Below are positions 9,397 through 18,320 of a DNA stretch of 40,000 nt, piece after piece (positions within the stretch are counted from its first letter, which is position 1; each line of letters opens with the position of its first letter). Both the position numbers and the translations under genes were made by a program. Source of the stretch: a crAssphage sp. isolate ctcc615; the sequence record MH552500.1; one strand, 5' to 3'. The notes beneath the pieces were generated by a model. The model did not search any database, had not been told where the DNA came from, and worked only from the letters and a program-made list of their open reading frames with translations.

Positions 9397-10458
9397 TTAT
9401 GCTGCTTTTGCTACATCATTAATTGCGTTAAGACCTTTAAGCATATTGCTGTTAGCTCCCCCGTAGAGGATAGATTCAACTCTTTTCTCTCCTTCAAGGT
9501 TAGCTACATTACAATAGAAGCCAGTAACAGCATTATAAGCGCCCCAAGCAGTTCCAGCAATATGTTTCTGACCAATACCATCACAATAGTATTCAAACAT
9601 ATTTACAATTTGATTTGCTTTTCTTTGACTAATGCCTGTAACTTCCATTGTTCTATAATCTCTCATAAGAAGTTTCTTATATCCGTTTTCTTTATCATAA
9701 TCTACAAGAAGTTCTCTTTCTTTTTCTGTTAGTTGTAGATTAGCCAGATATCGCATAACTTCACTATCAGACATTTTAACTTTTGTAAGACTATTATAAA
9801 ACTCAGTAATAGTTTCAGCGTGTTGACAAGCTATTCTAAGTATTTCAGCTCCACGCTGTAGTTTTTCTTTAGCACTTTCTGTATGTCTAATTCTAATATA
9901 AGAATCTGCGCTTTTTAAAGCACTATTTAGCATATTTGTACAAATAACTCTAATAGGTGTAAACATTATATTTACACTACTAGTTCCGTCATGAGAATTA
10001 CTAAATACAAGATAATGGTCTATTTCATCATTTCCTACTTTTGTTCCTATTGGAAGTTTAGCACTTACATATATTTTTCTACCATTATTTAGTATTCCAG
10101 CTCTATCCCATCTAGCTTTTCCTGCTCCTATAGCATCATCGAAGAATGTAAAAGCATCTATATTTTGAACTACTTTATACTTATCTTTAACAAGACCTAA
10201 TGGTTCACTTGTATCTGCTCTATAAGTAGCATAAGCATTTACTAATTCTCTAAAAATATATCCATCCTTTGCAAACTCTCCTGCAATAGGATTTATGATA
10301 TTATTTCGTTTAACACCAAATGGCATACGTGCCATAAGATCACATTTATCTACAATAAAATCAAGACCTGCTTTGTGCATAACTTCAGCAGAACTATGAC
10401 AATCTGATACATCTCTACCGATTGCCCAAGGAGCACCATTTACAGTATAACGACTCAT
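9397..10458 (-). CDS. DUF932-family phage protein
   Basis: Family-like features: YTVNGAPWAIGRDV, LVNAYATYRAD, VCTNMLNSAL, IRHTESAKEKL. Confidence 0.75.
   Translation of the reverse strand: MSRYTVNGAPWAIGRDVSDCHSSAEVMHKAGLDFIVDKCDLMARMPFGVKRNNIINPIAGEFAKDGYIFRELVNAYATYRADTSEPLGLVKDKYKVVQNIDAFTFFDDAIGAGKARWDRAGILNNGRKIYVSAKLPIGTKVGNDEIDHYLVFSNSHDGTSSVNIMFTPIRVICTNMLNSALKSADSYIRIRHTESAKEKLQRGAEILRIACQHAETITEFYNSLTKVKMSDSEVMRYLANLQLTEKERELLVDYDKENGYKKLLMRDYRTMEVTGISQRKANQIVNMFEYYCDGIGQKHIAGTAWGAYNAVTGFYCNVANLEGEKRVESILYGGANSNMLKGLNAINDVAKAA
9454..9469 (+). repeat. Dispersed motif copy 3: AGCTCCCCCGTAGAGG
   Basis: Inside DUF932 CDS, opposite sense. Confidence 0.85.
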
Positions 10459-10506
10459 AATTTAAAGATTTAAAGGACTACTACAACAAAGTAGTAGTCC
10501 TAGTTA

Positions 10507-11271
10507 TTATTTAATAATTATAGATTTATTTGTAACTATTTTAGCATAAGAAGGCATATAATGTTTGTTATTTTTAGCATCATCTTTTATACCTTTTTTA
10601 TCAGCTTTAGCTTTAATTTTAAATACATTGTAATCAAGTAATGCTTTAATAAGTTCAATACCTGTTTTTGTAGTTAAAATTGTTTTAAAATCAATATCAA
10701 AATCTATAGAAGCAGTAAGTCTTTCTATGTCTTTAACATCTAATTTATTTATTTCTATATCATTTTCTTCTTCAGAAAGAGATTTAGAATTAATATAATC
10801 AATAATATCTTTAGTTTCTATAATACCAAAAGATAATTGATTATTATTGGCATACCATTTAAGTCCAGTTATAAGTCTGTTTGCAAATCTGTCAATAGAA
10901 TCTTCTTCTACTTCAACAGCTTGCGTTAATCTCATAGAAATTTTACCAGTTCCATAATCAACAAACTTATTACCAGATTTAGTAGTATCTCCAAATAATT
11001 CAATAGCATCAGCCATAATCTTTTTAAGTCTTTCTATAGATTTTTCTTTAGACTTTTGAAGATCATTAAGGCGAGCTTTTTCTGCTTTGATGTCAATAAT
11101 GTCATTTTCTAACATTTTAACAACATTAGAATAAGATTTAATCTTATCTCTAAATTCTTCTTGAGTTATATTTAATTGTTCTTCAAGTTCAGGAGTAAGT
11201 TCTCCTCCGTTCTCTTCAAGTTCATCAAATATACTAAGAAGTTCTTGTGAAATTTGATATATATTAGCCAT
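10507..11271 (-). CDS. Siphovirus Gp157-like protein
   Basis: N-terminal coiled region ENGGELTPELEEQL...EKARLNDLQKSKEKSIERLKKIM typical of Gp157-like proteins. Confidence 0.6.
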   Translation of the reverse strand: MANIYQISQELLSIFDELEENGGELTPELEEQLNITQEEFRDKIKSYSNVVKMLENDIIDIKAEKARLNDLQKSKEKSIERLKKIMADAIELFGDTTKSGNKFVDYGTGKISMRLTQAVEVEEDSIDRFANRLITGLKWYANNNQLSFGIIETKDIIDYINSKSLSEEENDIEINKLDVKDIERLTASIDFDIDFKTILTTKTGIELIKALLDYNVFKIKAKADKKGIKDDAKNNKHYMPSYAKIVTNKSIIIK

Positions 11272-11309
11272 TTATTTATATGGGTCAATAGGATTAATAG
11301 ATGTTACCA

Positions 11310-11672
11310 TCAATTCTCCTTTATGATTTTGTTTATTGTCTTTTCTAATTCGTCTTTATGTTTATTACAAAGAAATTGTTCATCATCAAGTATAATAGCT
11401 TTTCAACGAGCAATTCCATTACAGTAATGACATCTACGGCGAGGAGTTAAACCAACTGTTTTAGAATTATCAAATTGATGTGTCTTTAGAAACTCTAATT
11501 TCATATTTATTTCATTTAATACATCAATTTCTTTTTCAGTAATTGCTCCTTCCTTTATAGCTCTATTTATAAAAGGCGTAAGAGAATATCCGTGAATTTG
11601 TCTAAAAAGTTGATTACGAGCATTTGCTTTAATCTGCGCTGCTGTCATCTTTGTTATTGTCTTCTTGTTCAA
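11310..11672 (-). CDS. Small zinc-ribbon-like protein interrupted in frame by TGA at 11403-11405
   Basis: ...RRRCHYCNGIAR[TGA]KAIILDDEQFLCNKHKDELEKTINKIIKEN*; the C/C/C/H set is completed only after the internal stop. Confidence 0.55.
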
Positions 11673-11901
11673 AATATTTACTAGTTATGTGTTTTATTTC
11701 TTTTATTTCTTTGATAGGAAGTTTATAGTCTTCTTTAAGATTTATTTTATTTATTATATAATGTATGTGTTCCATATCATTTTCAATATCATTTATATAT
11801 AAATCTTTATTCGATCTATTATCAAGTATTTTATCTACATAAATAGCTATCACAGAAACAACTATTATAATAGTAAAACAAACAGCAAGTGAAGTATTCA
11901 T
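11629..11901 (-). CDS. Small membrane protein
   Basis: N-terminal TM helix SLAVCFTIIIVVSVIAIYV. Confidence 0.6.
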   Translation of the reverse strand: MNTSLAVCFTIIIVVSVIAIYVDKILDNRSNKDLYINDIENDMEHIHYIINKINLKEDYKLPIKEIKEIKHITSKYFEQEDNNKDDSSAD

Positions 11902-11909
11902 ATTTTATA

Positions 11910-12098
11910 TTATTTAAGTTTAATAATTTTTTCTATTTTATGTTCTACAATCATCCAACTAGAAGTATTGGCATTACAACCATATAATTCTATAATTTCT
12001 TCAATAGATTTATCTTTTATATCTTTTTCATCGATATTATCTAAATCTATTTCACAAATAGTGGCGTCAGAATAATCTAATACATAAATATAACTCAT
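11910..12098 (-). CDS. Hypothetical protein
   Basis: Small ORF overlapping the start of the next gene. Confidence 0.5.
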   Translation of the reverse strand: MSYIYVLDYSDATICEIDLDNIDEKDIKDKSIEEIIELYGCNANTSSWMIVEHKIEKIIKLK

Positions 12099-12928
12099 AA
12101 TTTATCTAATTCTTCTTTGTAGTTAATTATCTCTTCTCCATACTTATTAAATTCATCATAAATGAGTTTTCCTATTAATTTTGCATCAGGATGAGCTTTA
12201 CCAGTATAATCCCAAAGACGCATATTAATAATATATTCCCATTCAGCAACTGTATAAGTATAAACAACTTTACTCATCGTGTCTAATGGTAGAATCCAAC
12301 GAGCGTCTTGAGGTGGAAGATTAAGACCATATTTGCTACGAGAAAGTTTATAAAACCATTCAGCAGTTTTTGCCATAAACTTATAAAGAATCTTACGATA
12401 AAGATTACATTTATTCATCCAATGACATTTCTTAAAACGAATACCAACTTTCTTGTTGAAATCAACATAACGAGTACTCTGTTCAGCAATACTATTAGGA
12501 GATTTACGATTAAATTCTCTAGTAATATCAATACCTGTTTCTATACATAAAGTATAACGAAGCATTTTATATACACAAAAGACTTCAGTATTTTTAGCAA
12601 CATCATAAGAAACACGATATTGTTTATAACGTCTATCCCAATATTCACGAGCAGATTGTTCATTAGCAGAAACATAAGTATGATGCCCTACTAATTTAAC
12701 ATCAGCTCCAATATATGCAGTTTCGGGTATTTGAATCTTTTCTGGAATAATATAATATACTCCAGCATGTCTAAACATACTACGATGATTATTCTTCCAA
12801 AGAGCTTCACACATTTTATCGTTTGCTGTAGTTTTATCGGAGGCATAGCAGACTCTTGCACAGCGAGCAATATGGTCTATAGTGTTATGATTTAACCAAA
12901 CTTTTACACTAGGATCTATTATTTCCAT
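12095..12928 (-). CDS. thyX: Flavin-dependent thymidylate synthase-like protein
   Basis: SMFRHAG..., REFNRKSPNSIAEQSTRYVDF (ThyX motif region, divergent), WEYIINMRL. Confidence 0.85.
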   Translation of the reverse strand: MEIIDPSVKVWLNHNTIDHIARCARVCYASDKTTANDKMCEALWKNNHRSMFRHAGVYYIIPEKIQIPETAYIGADVKLVGHHTYVSANEQSAREYWDRRYKQYRVSYDVAKNTEVFCVYKMLRYTLCIETGIDITREFNRKSPNSIAEQSTRYVDFNKKVGIRFKKCHWMNKCNLYRKILYKFMAKTAEWFYKLSRSKYGLNLPPQDARWILPLDTMSKVVYTYTVAEWEYIINMRLWDYTGKAHPDAKLIGKLIYDEFNKYGEEIINYKEELDKL

Positions 12929-12929
12929 A

Positions 12930-13253
12930 TTAATTTACATTTTCAAAATCTATATTATTAGCCATAGTTCCAATTTGACTATCAATCTGTCTAATACATT
13001 CTTGACAAATATGAATAATTTTTTCATAATCTTGTTTACGGGATTCTCCAAGTTTATTACGTAAAACTCTTTTTACAATATCGGCATCCCAAGGATTAAG
13101 ATTCCAATCTATCCATATAGCCCAAGGTTGAATAATATGTTGAGCATAATTGCTAGTTCCAACATTATGACTACGAACAGTATCAGCATCGTCTTTGTTT
13201 ATTATACCAAGTTGTGCTAACTCAGAATAAAGTTTATCACTAATTTCTTTCAT
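12930..13253 (-). CDS. DUF3310-like (SaV-like) phage protein
   Basis: NYAQHIIQPWAIWIDWNLNPWDADIVKRVLRNK...DYEKIIHICQECI. Confidence 0.7.
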   Translation of the reverse strand: MKEISDKLYSELAQLGIINKDDADTVRSHNVGTSNYAQHIIQPWAIWIDWNLNPWDADIVKRVLRNKLGESRKQDYEKIIHICQECIRQIDSQIGTMANNIDFENVN

Positions 13254-13265
13254 TTTAGTTTTAGT

Positions 13266-14774
13266 TTAATTGTTTTTTTTTGTTTGAGAATGAAACTTAT
13301 CTTCAAGATGATAATATCTGATAAAATCTTCAATATCATCAAGCCAAAGAGAATGGCAACCTATTTGAATGCACCATTCTTTATAACCTAAAGGAGTACC
13401 AGAATCTGTTACTTTATCTTTATAAGTAATAAAGCGAAGATTATAGATACCAATCTTAACATTTCCGAAATTAGATGTAGTCCAAGATATACAAGCAGGA
13501 TTATTAGCTCTAGCTTTCATGAACATCTTATACATCTTAATTCCTTCTTTAAGGGTAACAGAAGCATTCTTAGAAGTTATAATAATATTATTTTTAAGTT
13601 TAAGTTGAGTGTTAACAAACGATTTACAACTACTATGAATGGTAGCTATAATCCAACTACCTGCCTTATTGTATCTACTAGGACGATTATATTTACGATA
13701 TGTTACAGTGTGTTGTTTATTATTAACCGTTCCTTCTCTCCAAGAATTTACTATATAATTACTTTCTAATCGTCTAAGTTCTTCAAGAGCTGCTTTATAA
13801 TTAGCATCTGATTTAGCTATATTTTCTTTAACACATTTATCACGAATCTTATCTTCTATTTCTTTAGTTTTAGAAATAAGCTCGTTCCAAGTATTTACAT
13901 CAACAAGCCAATCAGGATTAAGATAAATATTATTTTTATTACAATAGTTAACTGCTTCGTCGTTGGTTATAGGAGTATTAAAATATTTATCTACATCTTT
14001 ATAAGAAATACCTCTACCTCTACAATATTTAGTATAGAAATATTTCTTTCTAAATAAATCTTTTTGTTTTTCGTTAAAAACTTTATTTGTAAGAATTTGT
14101 TTAACAGTAGGAAGGGCTATATGAATATAACTCCAACTATCAGGATAATAAATACAAAATTTAAATTTAGAATTAAGACTTTGATTATACCAAGTTCTTT
14201 GTTTAACTTTGTACTTTTTTACAAAATCTTCTATAGCTTTATAATCGTAACAAAAAGTGATATTACTAGCAATATTCTTTGTAATATCATCTATATTTCT
14301 ATGTAGAACATTTTTGCCTTTACAAACCGCATAAAATGGAATAAGTTTACGTTCAACATATTGTTCAATACAATATTTAAGATGCAATTTTGTTAGACCA
14401 TCTATATTTTCATCATTGAAAATATTAGGAGAAGGAATGTTGTCATTACAATGTAATATTTCGTAATCGTCTGGAATAGTATGTAAAAGTTCGATTGCTA
14501 AATTTTCATATTTATGAGAAACAAGTATCTTTTTACGTTCTCTATTTATTATAGCAAAAATTCTATTTCCAGGATACCAATATTCTTCAATATCTTTTAC
14601 GCTTTTATTTCTTCCTATATCTCCAAACGAAAGATAATTACCTTTAGAAGATATAGCATGAGCTTTGTTACTATAATAATACTCATTATCATGTATAAAA
14701 CGATGATATACTTCTTGTCGAGGATAACAATGTTCTATACGTTTACTTTTAATTTTAGATTCAGCATCTACCAT
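13266..14774 (-). CDS. Hypothetical protein, possibly PcfJ-like
   Basis: 502-aa ORF; weak resemblance only. Confidence 0.5.
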   Translation of the reverse strand: MVDAESKIKSKRIEHCYPRQEVYHRFIHDNEYYYSNKAHAISSKGNYLSFGDIGRNKSVKDIEEYWYPGNRIFAIINRERKKILVSHKYENLAIELLHTIPDDYEILHCNDNIPSPNIFNDENIDGLTKLHLKYCIEQYVERKLIPFYAVCKGKNVLHRNIDDITKNIASNITFCYDYKAIEDFVKKYKVKQRTWYNQSLNSKFKFCIYYPDSWSYIHIALPTVKQILTNKVFNEKQKDLFRKKYFYTKYCRGRGISYKDVDKYFNTPITNDEAVNYCNKNNIYLNPDWLVDVNTWNELISKTKEIEDKIRDKCVKENIAKSDANYKAALEELRRLESNYIVNSWREGTVNNKQHTVTYRKYNRPSRYNKAGSWIIATIHSSCKSFVNTQLKLKNNIIITSKNASVTLKEGIKMYKMFMKARANNPACISWTTSNFGNVKIGIYNLRFITYKDKVTDSGTPLGYKEWCIQIGCHSLWLDDIEDFIRYYHLEDKFHSQTKKNN

Positions 14775-14835
14775 AGTTTTTAAATTAGTTTATTGTTATA
14801 AATTTAATTAAAAATATAATTATCACCAAAGAATA

Positions 14836-14922
14836 TATAAAATATTTTTGGTCTATTTCAGAGGCTATGTTGGTTATTCGATGAATTTATCAGCTTGACG
14901 CTTACAAACCAACACAGAGCAC
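14836..14922. repeat. Dispersed ~87-nt intergenic element, copy B
   Basis: TATAAAATATTTTTGGTCTATTTCAGA at 14836-14862 and CAACACAGAGCAC at 14910-14922; same spacing as copy A. Confidence 0.65.
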
Positions 14923-14953
14923 CGTAGATAGCAAATTGGCTGTTTTATGCTAT

Positions 14954-15388
14954 TTATTCCGGATTATTAAATAAAGATTCGAACGCTTCACGTTCAGCAT
15001 CTAATGTTTGTTCAAGAGAAGGATAAACAAGTTTATATGTTTTAAGTAGATTATAAAATTGCCAAACTCGCATATCGCTATCATCACATCTAGCTATAAG
15101 TTCAAGCATAAGAAATTTAATCAATCTTACGCTTTTCTTAAACTTATCATAGTTATCTTTTCCGCTATTAAAAGCTATATTATCAAGACTTGCAGCACCA
15201 TCTCTTATTTTACGCCATGCTAGTCTTTCCATTGGATTTATATTAACTCTTAGTTCTTTATGTTTTTCAAACAACTCGTTAATAAGATCTTTAGAAATAA
15301 CAGCTATACATAAAACAGCATTAGTAAATTCTTCAAGTTCTATAATTTGTTTAGCTCTAACATCTTTATATTGAGATTCATCTTTCAT
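14954..15388 (-). CDS. Hypothetical protein
   Basis: ORF; start trimmed from 15430 to the Met (MKDESQ) directly after a copy of the CCCCCGTAGA motif. Confidence 0.55.
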   Translation of the reverse strand: MKDESQYKDVRAKQIIELEEFTNAVLCIAVISKDLINELFEKHKELRVNINPMERLAWRKIRDGAASLDNIAFNSGKDNYDKFKKSVRLIKFLMLELIARCDDSDMRVWQFYNLLKTYKLVYPSLEQTLDAEREAFESLFNNPE

Positions 15389-15390
15389 AC

Positions 15391-15407
15391 CTTCTACGGG
15401 GGAGCTA
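15391..15407 (-). repeat. Dispersed motif copy 4: AGCTCCCCCGTAGAAGG
   Basis: Directly 5' of ATG of 14954..15388. Confidence 0.85.
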
Positions 15408-15456
15408 ATAAATGTAGTTCTTAAAGTCAAATAAGACTATTAAGAACTACATTAAA

Positions 15457-15819
15457 TTAAACATCAATAGAATAAATGTCACCATCTTCATCACTTTCTA
15501 CCAAATTACACATAATGTTGCAATCGCTTTCAAGTTGTGACAAATAAGTTTCATTCCAAATAGAAGAAAGACTTATTTTAATTCTACCATAATCATCCTG
15601 TTTAGTAATTTTATATTTTATATTTTCAGGAGGATTATTTAATATTGCAATAAAATACGAATAGATATTAGTTTTAGAATCGTAACGTTTAAGCAAACAA
15701 GTAAATTTTTTATACTTTATTTCTCTACTAAAAAGAATTTTTTTACGAATATCTATCCAAGTTTTAGTTTTATCAAGTTTTTCTGTTACATTATCATATA
15801 CATTAAGGTTCATATTCAT
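15457..15819 (-). CDS. Hypothetical protein (start MNMNLNVYD proposed)
   Basis: ORF; upstream part of the longer ORF overlaps the neighbouring gene. Confidence 0.45.
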   Translation of the reverse strand: MNMNLNVYDNVTEKLDKTKTWIDIRKKILFSREIKYKKFTCLLKRYDSKTNIYSYFIAILNNPPENIKYKITKQDDYGRIKISLSSIWNETYLSQLESDCNIMCNLVESDEDGDIYSIDV

Positions 15820-15976
15820 CTTCTTTAATATAACTAATATCAGCATAAACTGTGAAGCAAAGAATACGAAAATTAATTTCAAATCCTTTAGTCCATTTAC
15901 TAATACTAATAGTAGGAATTAAAAAGCACTCAGAATGCCGCCAAGCACTTATATCAATTCTAATACATCCGTTCAT
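15803..15976 (-). CDS. Small hypothetical protein
   Basis: ORF MNGCIRIDISAWRHSECFL...; compact arrangement with neighbours. Confidence 0.45.
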   Translation of the reverse strand: MNGCIRIDISAWRHSECFLIPTISISKWTKGFEINFRILCFTVYADISYIKEDEYEP

Positions 15977-15981
15977 AATAA

Positions 15982-16392
15982 TTACATACCAAAATCTCGA
16001 CAATTTCTATTATGAATTATATCATAAGCAACTCCCGGAGATATTCCATCTATTATTAATTTATCTACAGCTTTGTTTTTAACTTGAGATTCTTGTTTAT
16101 ACACATTACTTCTTTTAACATTTTGATAATAATCTATAATTCTAACTAAATCAATACTATTTATTTTTATACCAGTTCTATAAGTTTCTTTAAATATCCA
16201 ATAAACATATTGTTTATCTATATCAAGAACTTCTTTTATAGTCTTTCCATTATATTTACCGTAATTTAATTTGAAATCAAGAACTCTATTATAAAGTTTT
16301 ATAGTTTGATTCTATAATTCAGATTCTTGTTCTCTTCTTTTACGTTCTATAACTTCAAGTTGAGAACTAATATTTAAATCTATAACACCCAT
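15982..16392 (-). CDS. 137-codon gene interrupted in frame by TAG at 16312-16314; GKYNGKTIKEVLDIDKQYVYWI motif similar to the exonuclease-X-like C-terminal fold
   Basis: MGVIDLNISSQLEVIERKRREQESEL[TAG]NQTIKLYNRVLDFKLNYGKYNGKTIKEVLDIDKQYVYWIFKETYRTG...RDFGM*; absent from the supplied ORF track, open on both sides of TAG. Confidence 0.7.
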
Positions 16393-16438
16393 AATTAAAT
16401 ATTTACAAGGTTAGCCATTATTATGAAAATTTATAAAG

Positions 16439-16624
16439 CTAGCTATTGCAAATAGTAGCATTTCTTACTATATCAGATAACGCATTAACGTGAATGGTTA
16501 TATAAATTTCTTCAAGAAGTTCTCTATCATTAAGAATTTTAGCTCTTTCTCTAATGTTTTTTATAATTTCGATATATCCATTAGATATTTCATCAATGTT
16601 ATTTTTAAGATTAGATTGTCCCAT
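16439..16624 (-). CDS. Small hypothetical protein
   Basis: MGQSNLKNNIDEIS...; ends TAG with an in-frame TAA five sense codons later. Confidence 0.5.
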   Translation of the reverse strand: MGQSNLKNNIDEISNGYIEIIKNIRERAKILNDRELLEEIYITIHVNALSDIVRNATICNS

Positions 16625-16626
16625 AA

Positions 16627-17856
16627 TTAAGTATTTACAAGTTTTACACATTTAGCATGAAATGGAACTTGAGTAATTCCACTTCGTTCACGAAATTCAA
16701 CTAATGCTTTATAATGTCCAATATACTTATTCTTGTTTATAAGAATTTCTTCTTGAGCACTATGAGGAGCATTATAAGTACATTCAAATAGTTCGTTATT
16801 AATGTCATTCTTTAGAACAAACTTTCCAAGATTATAACGTTTCTTTCCTTCTGGAACAACATCAACAATAGTAAAGAGTCCATCTTCTTTCTTCTTGAAT
16901 TTAAGCATACTATTATTACGTCTACCACCAAATTGATATTCAGCATCTTGTTTACGAATAATAAGACCTTCAAATCCAAGAGAAATATAACGATCTCTTA
17001 ATCCAATAGCAATATTTATATTTTCAACAGTATCATTACTCAACAATACAAGTCTATTAGTATTATTAAAATGATCTTCTTTTGTAAAAACACAACCTTT
17101 AGTATTAAAGACAGAATTTATTCTATAATTACTAAAATTATTTAGAAGAATAATTTGTCTATTCCAAGCAGTCATATTTTCAATACAAATATCATAAAGC
17201 CAAAATTGAAGTTTATAATGTTGAGGAAGTTCAGTATTCTTAATAAAAGAATTAATCTCATTTATACCATAACCAGGAAGATATAATTCTCCATCAAGTC
17301 CTACTCCTTCTTCAACCATCATATTGATAATTTCATCAGGAATACAAGGAAGAAGAATATCATCCAAATAACTAAGTTTATTTGTCCAATCAACTCCTTC
17401 TCTACTACGATAATGAAGTTTAACTAATTCAAATAAACCGCGTTCAACTGTAGCTGTGATAATGCACCTTTCACCATTAATCTTCCATTGTCCAAAATAA
17501 GTTCCTCTCTCAAAAGGTTTGTTATCTTCAAGAGTTTTACATAACATCGGTATAAAAGCACCATCAGAGTGAGTATTAAACTTAGGAAGATAAGTATTAA
17601 GATAATCATATAAATTATTTTGTTCTATTAGTTTAGGAGCATTATCGTATAAATCTTGTAGTTCTTTGTAACCTTCTTTACGTTTAGCTTTAACAAGAGA
17701 ATTAATTTCATCAATTATGTTACGGTGAACAGAAATATATTCTGTTCTTCCTTGTTTACCTACAATACCATATTGAATTACAATGTTTACTAGATTGTTA
17801 TCTATACTCCAAAATAGAGGTTTGCCTTGAGCATTTCTTTTATATAATGTTATCAT
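16627..17856 (-). CDS. ATP-dependent DNA ligase with N-terminal WGR-like domain
   Basis: N-term YGIVGKQGRTEY; nucleotidyltransferase motifs WKINGERC (motif I), LDGELY, GFEGLIIRK, MLKFKKKEDG. Confidence 0.85.
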   Translation of the reverse strand: MITLYKRNAQGKPLFWSIDNNLVNIVIQYGIVGKQGRTEYISVHRNIIDEINSLVKAKRKEGYKELQDLYDNAPKLIEQNNLYDYLNTYLPKFNTHSDGAFIPMLCKTLEDNKPFERGTYFGQWKINGERCIITATVERGLFELVKLHYRSREGVDWTNKLSYLDDILLPCIPDEIINMMVEEGVGLDGELYLPGYGINEINSFIKNTELPQHYKLQFWLYDICIENMTAWNRQIILLNNFSNYRINSVFNTKGCVFTKEDHFNNTNRLVLLSNDTVENINIAIGLRDRYISLGFEGLIIRKQDAEYQFGGRRNNSMLKFKKKEDGLFTIVDVVPEGKKRYNLGKFVLKNDINNELFECTYNAPHSAQEEILINKNKYIGHYKALVEFRERSGITQVPFHAKCVKLVNT

Positions 17857-18320
17857 TTTACTATTTGTCTAAATAATAATATACGTTGCGGTTTTCCAAG
17901 ATAACCATGAGCCAGCTTAACTAAATCTAAAGGACTCCATGTTTCAGTATATAAACAATGTCTTTTAGGAGTATAACAACTATGTGTTACATAATTATAG
18001 TTAGAATATATAGGTATGCCACTTGCTCCAAGATAATCTAGAAAATTAAATTCTTCTATTTTTTCTATAGTATTTTTATCATTAAAATCTATTTGACCAT
18101 AACAATAAATATCTCTCATTGTTATAGAAAACTTTCTATTACCTCTTTTAAAAAATAATAGATTTTTATCTATATTATCTATTTTTTCTTCTTCTTCTTC
18201 ACTAATTGGAATCATTACAGTAATCCTTTTTCCAAGACTACTAAAATTTTTATTCAAAATATGGTAATGTTGTGTAATCGGAAGAGGAATCTCTTTCATT
18301 GTTAAATCTAAGTTCGACAT
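17853..18320 (-). CDS. Hypothetical protein
   Basis: ORF overlapping ends of ligase and primase genes. Confidence 0.5.
   Translation of the reverse strand: MSNLDLTMKEIPLPITQHYHILNKNFSSLGKRITVMIPISEEEEEKIDNIDKNLLFFKRGNRKFSITMRDIYCYGQIDFNDKNTIEKIEEFNFLDYLGASGIPIYSNYNYVTHSCYTPKRHCLYTETWSPLDLVKLAHGYLGKPQRILLFRQIVK

Noticed and set aside
9319-9732. Rightward ORF 9319..9732 and other plus-strand ORFs opposite leftward genes (e.g. 8934, 12308, 19833, 24163, 29091)
   Set aside because: Antisense to well-supported genes with low-complexity composition; typical shadow ORFs of an AT-rich genome.
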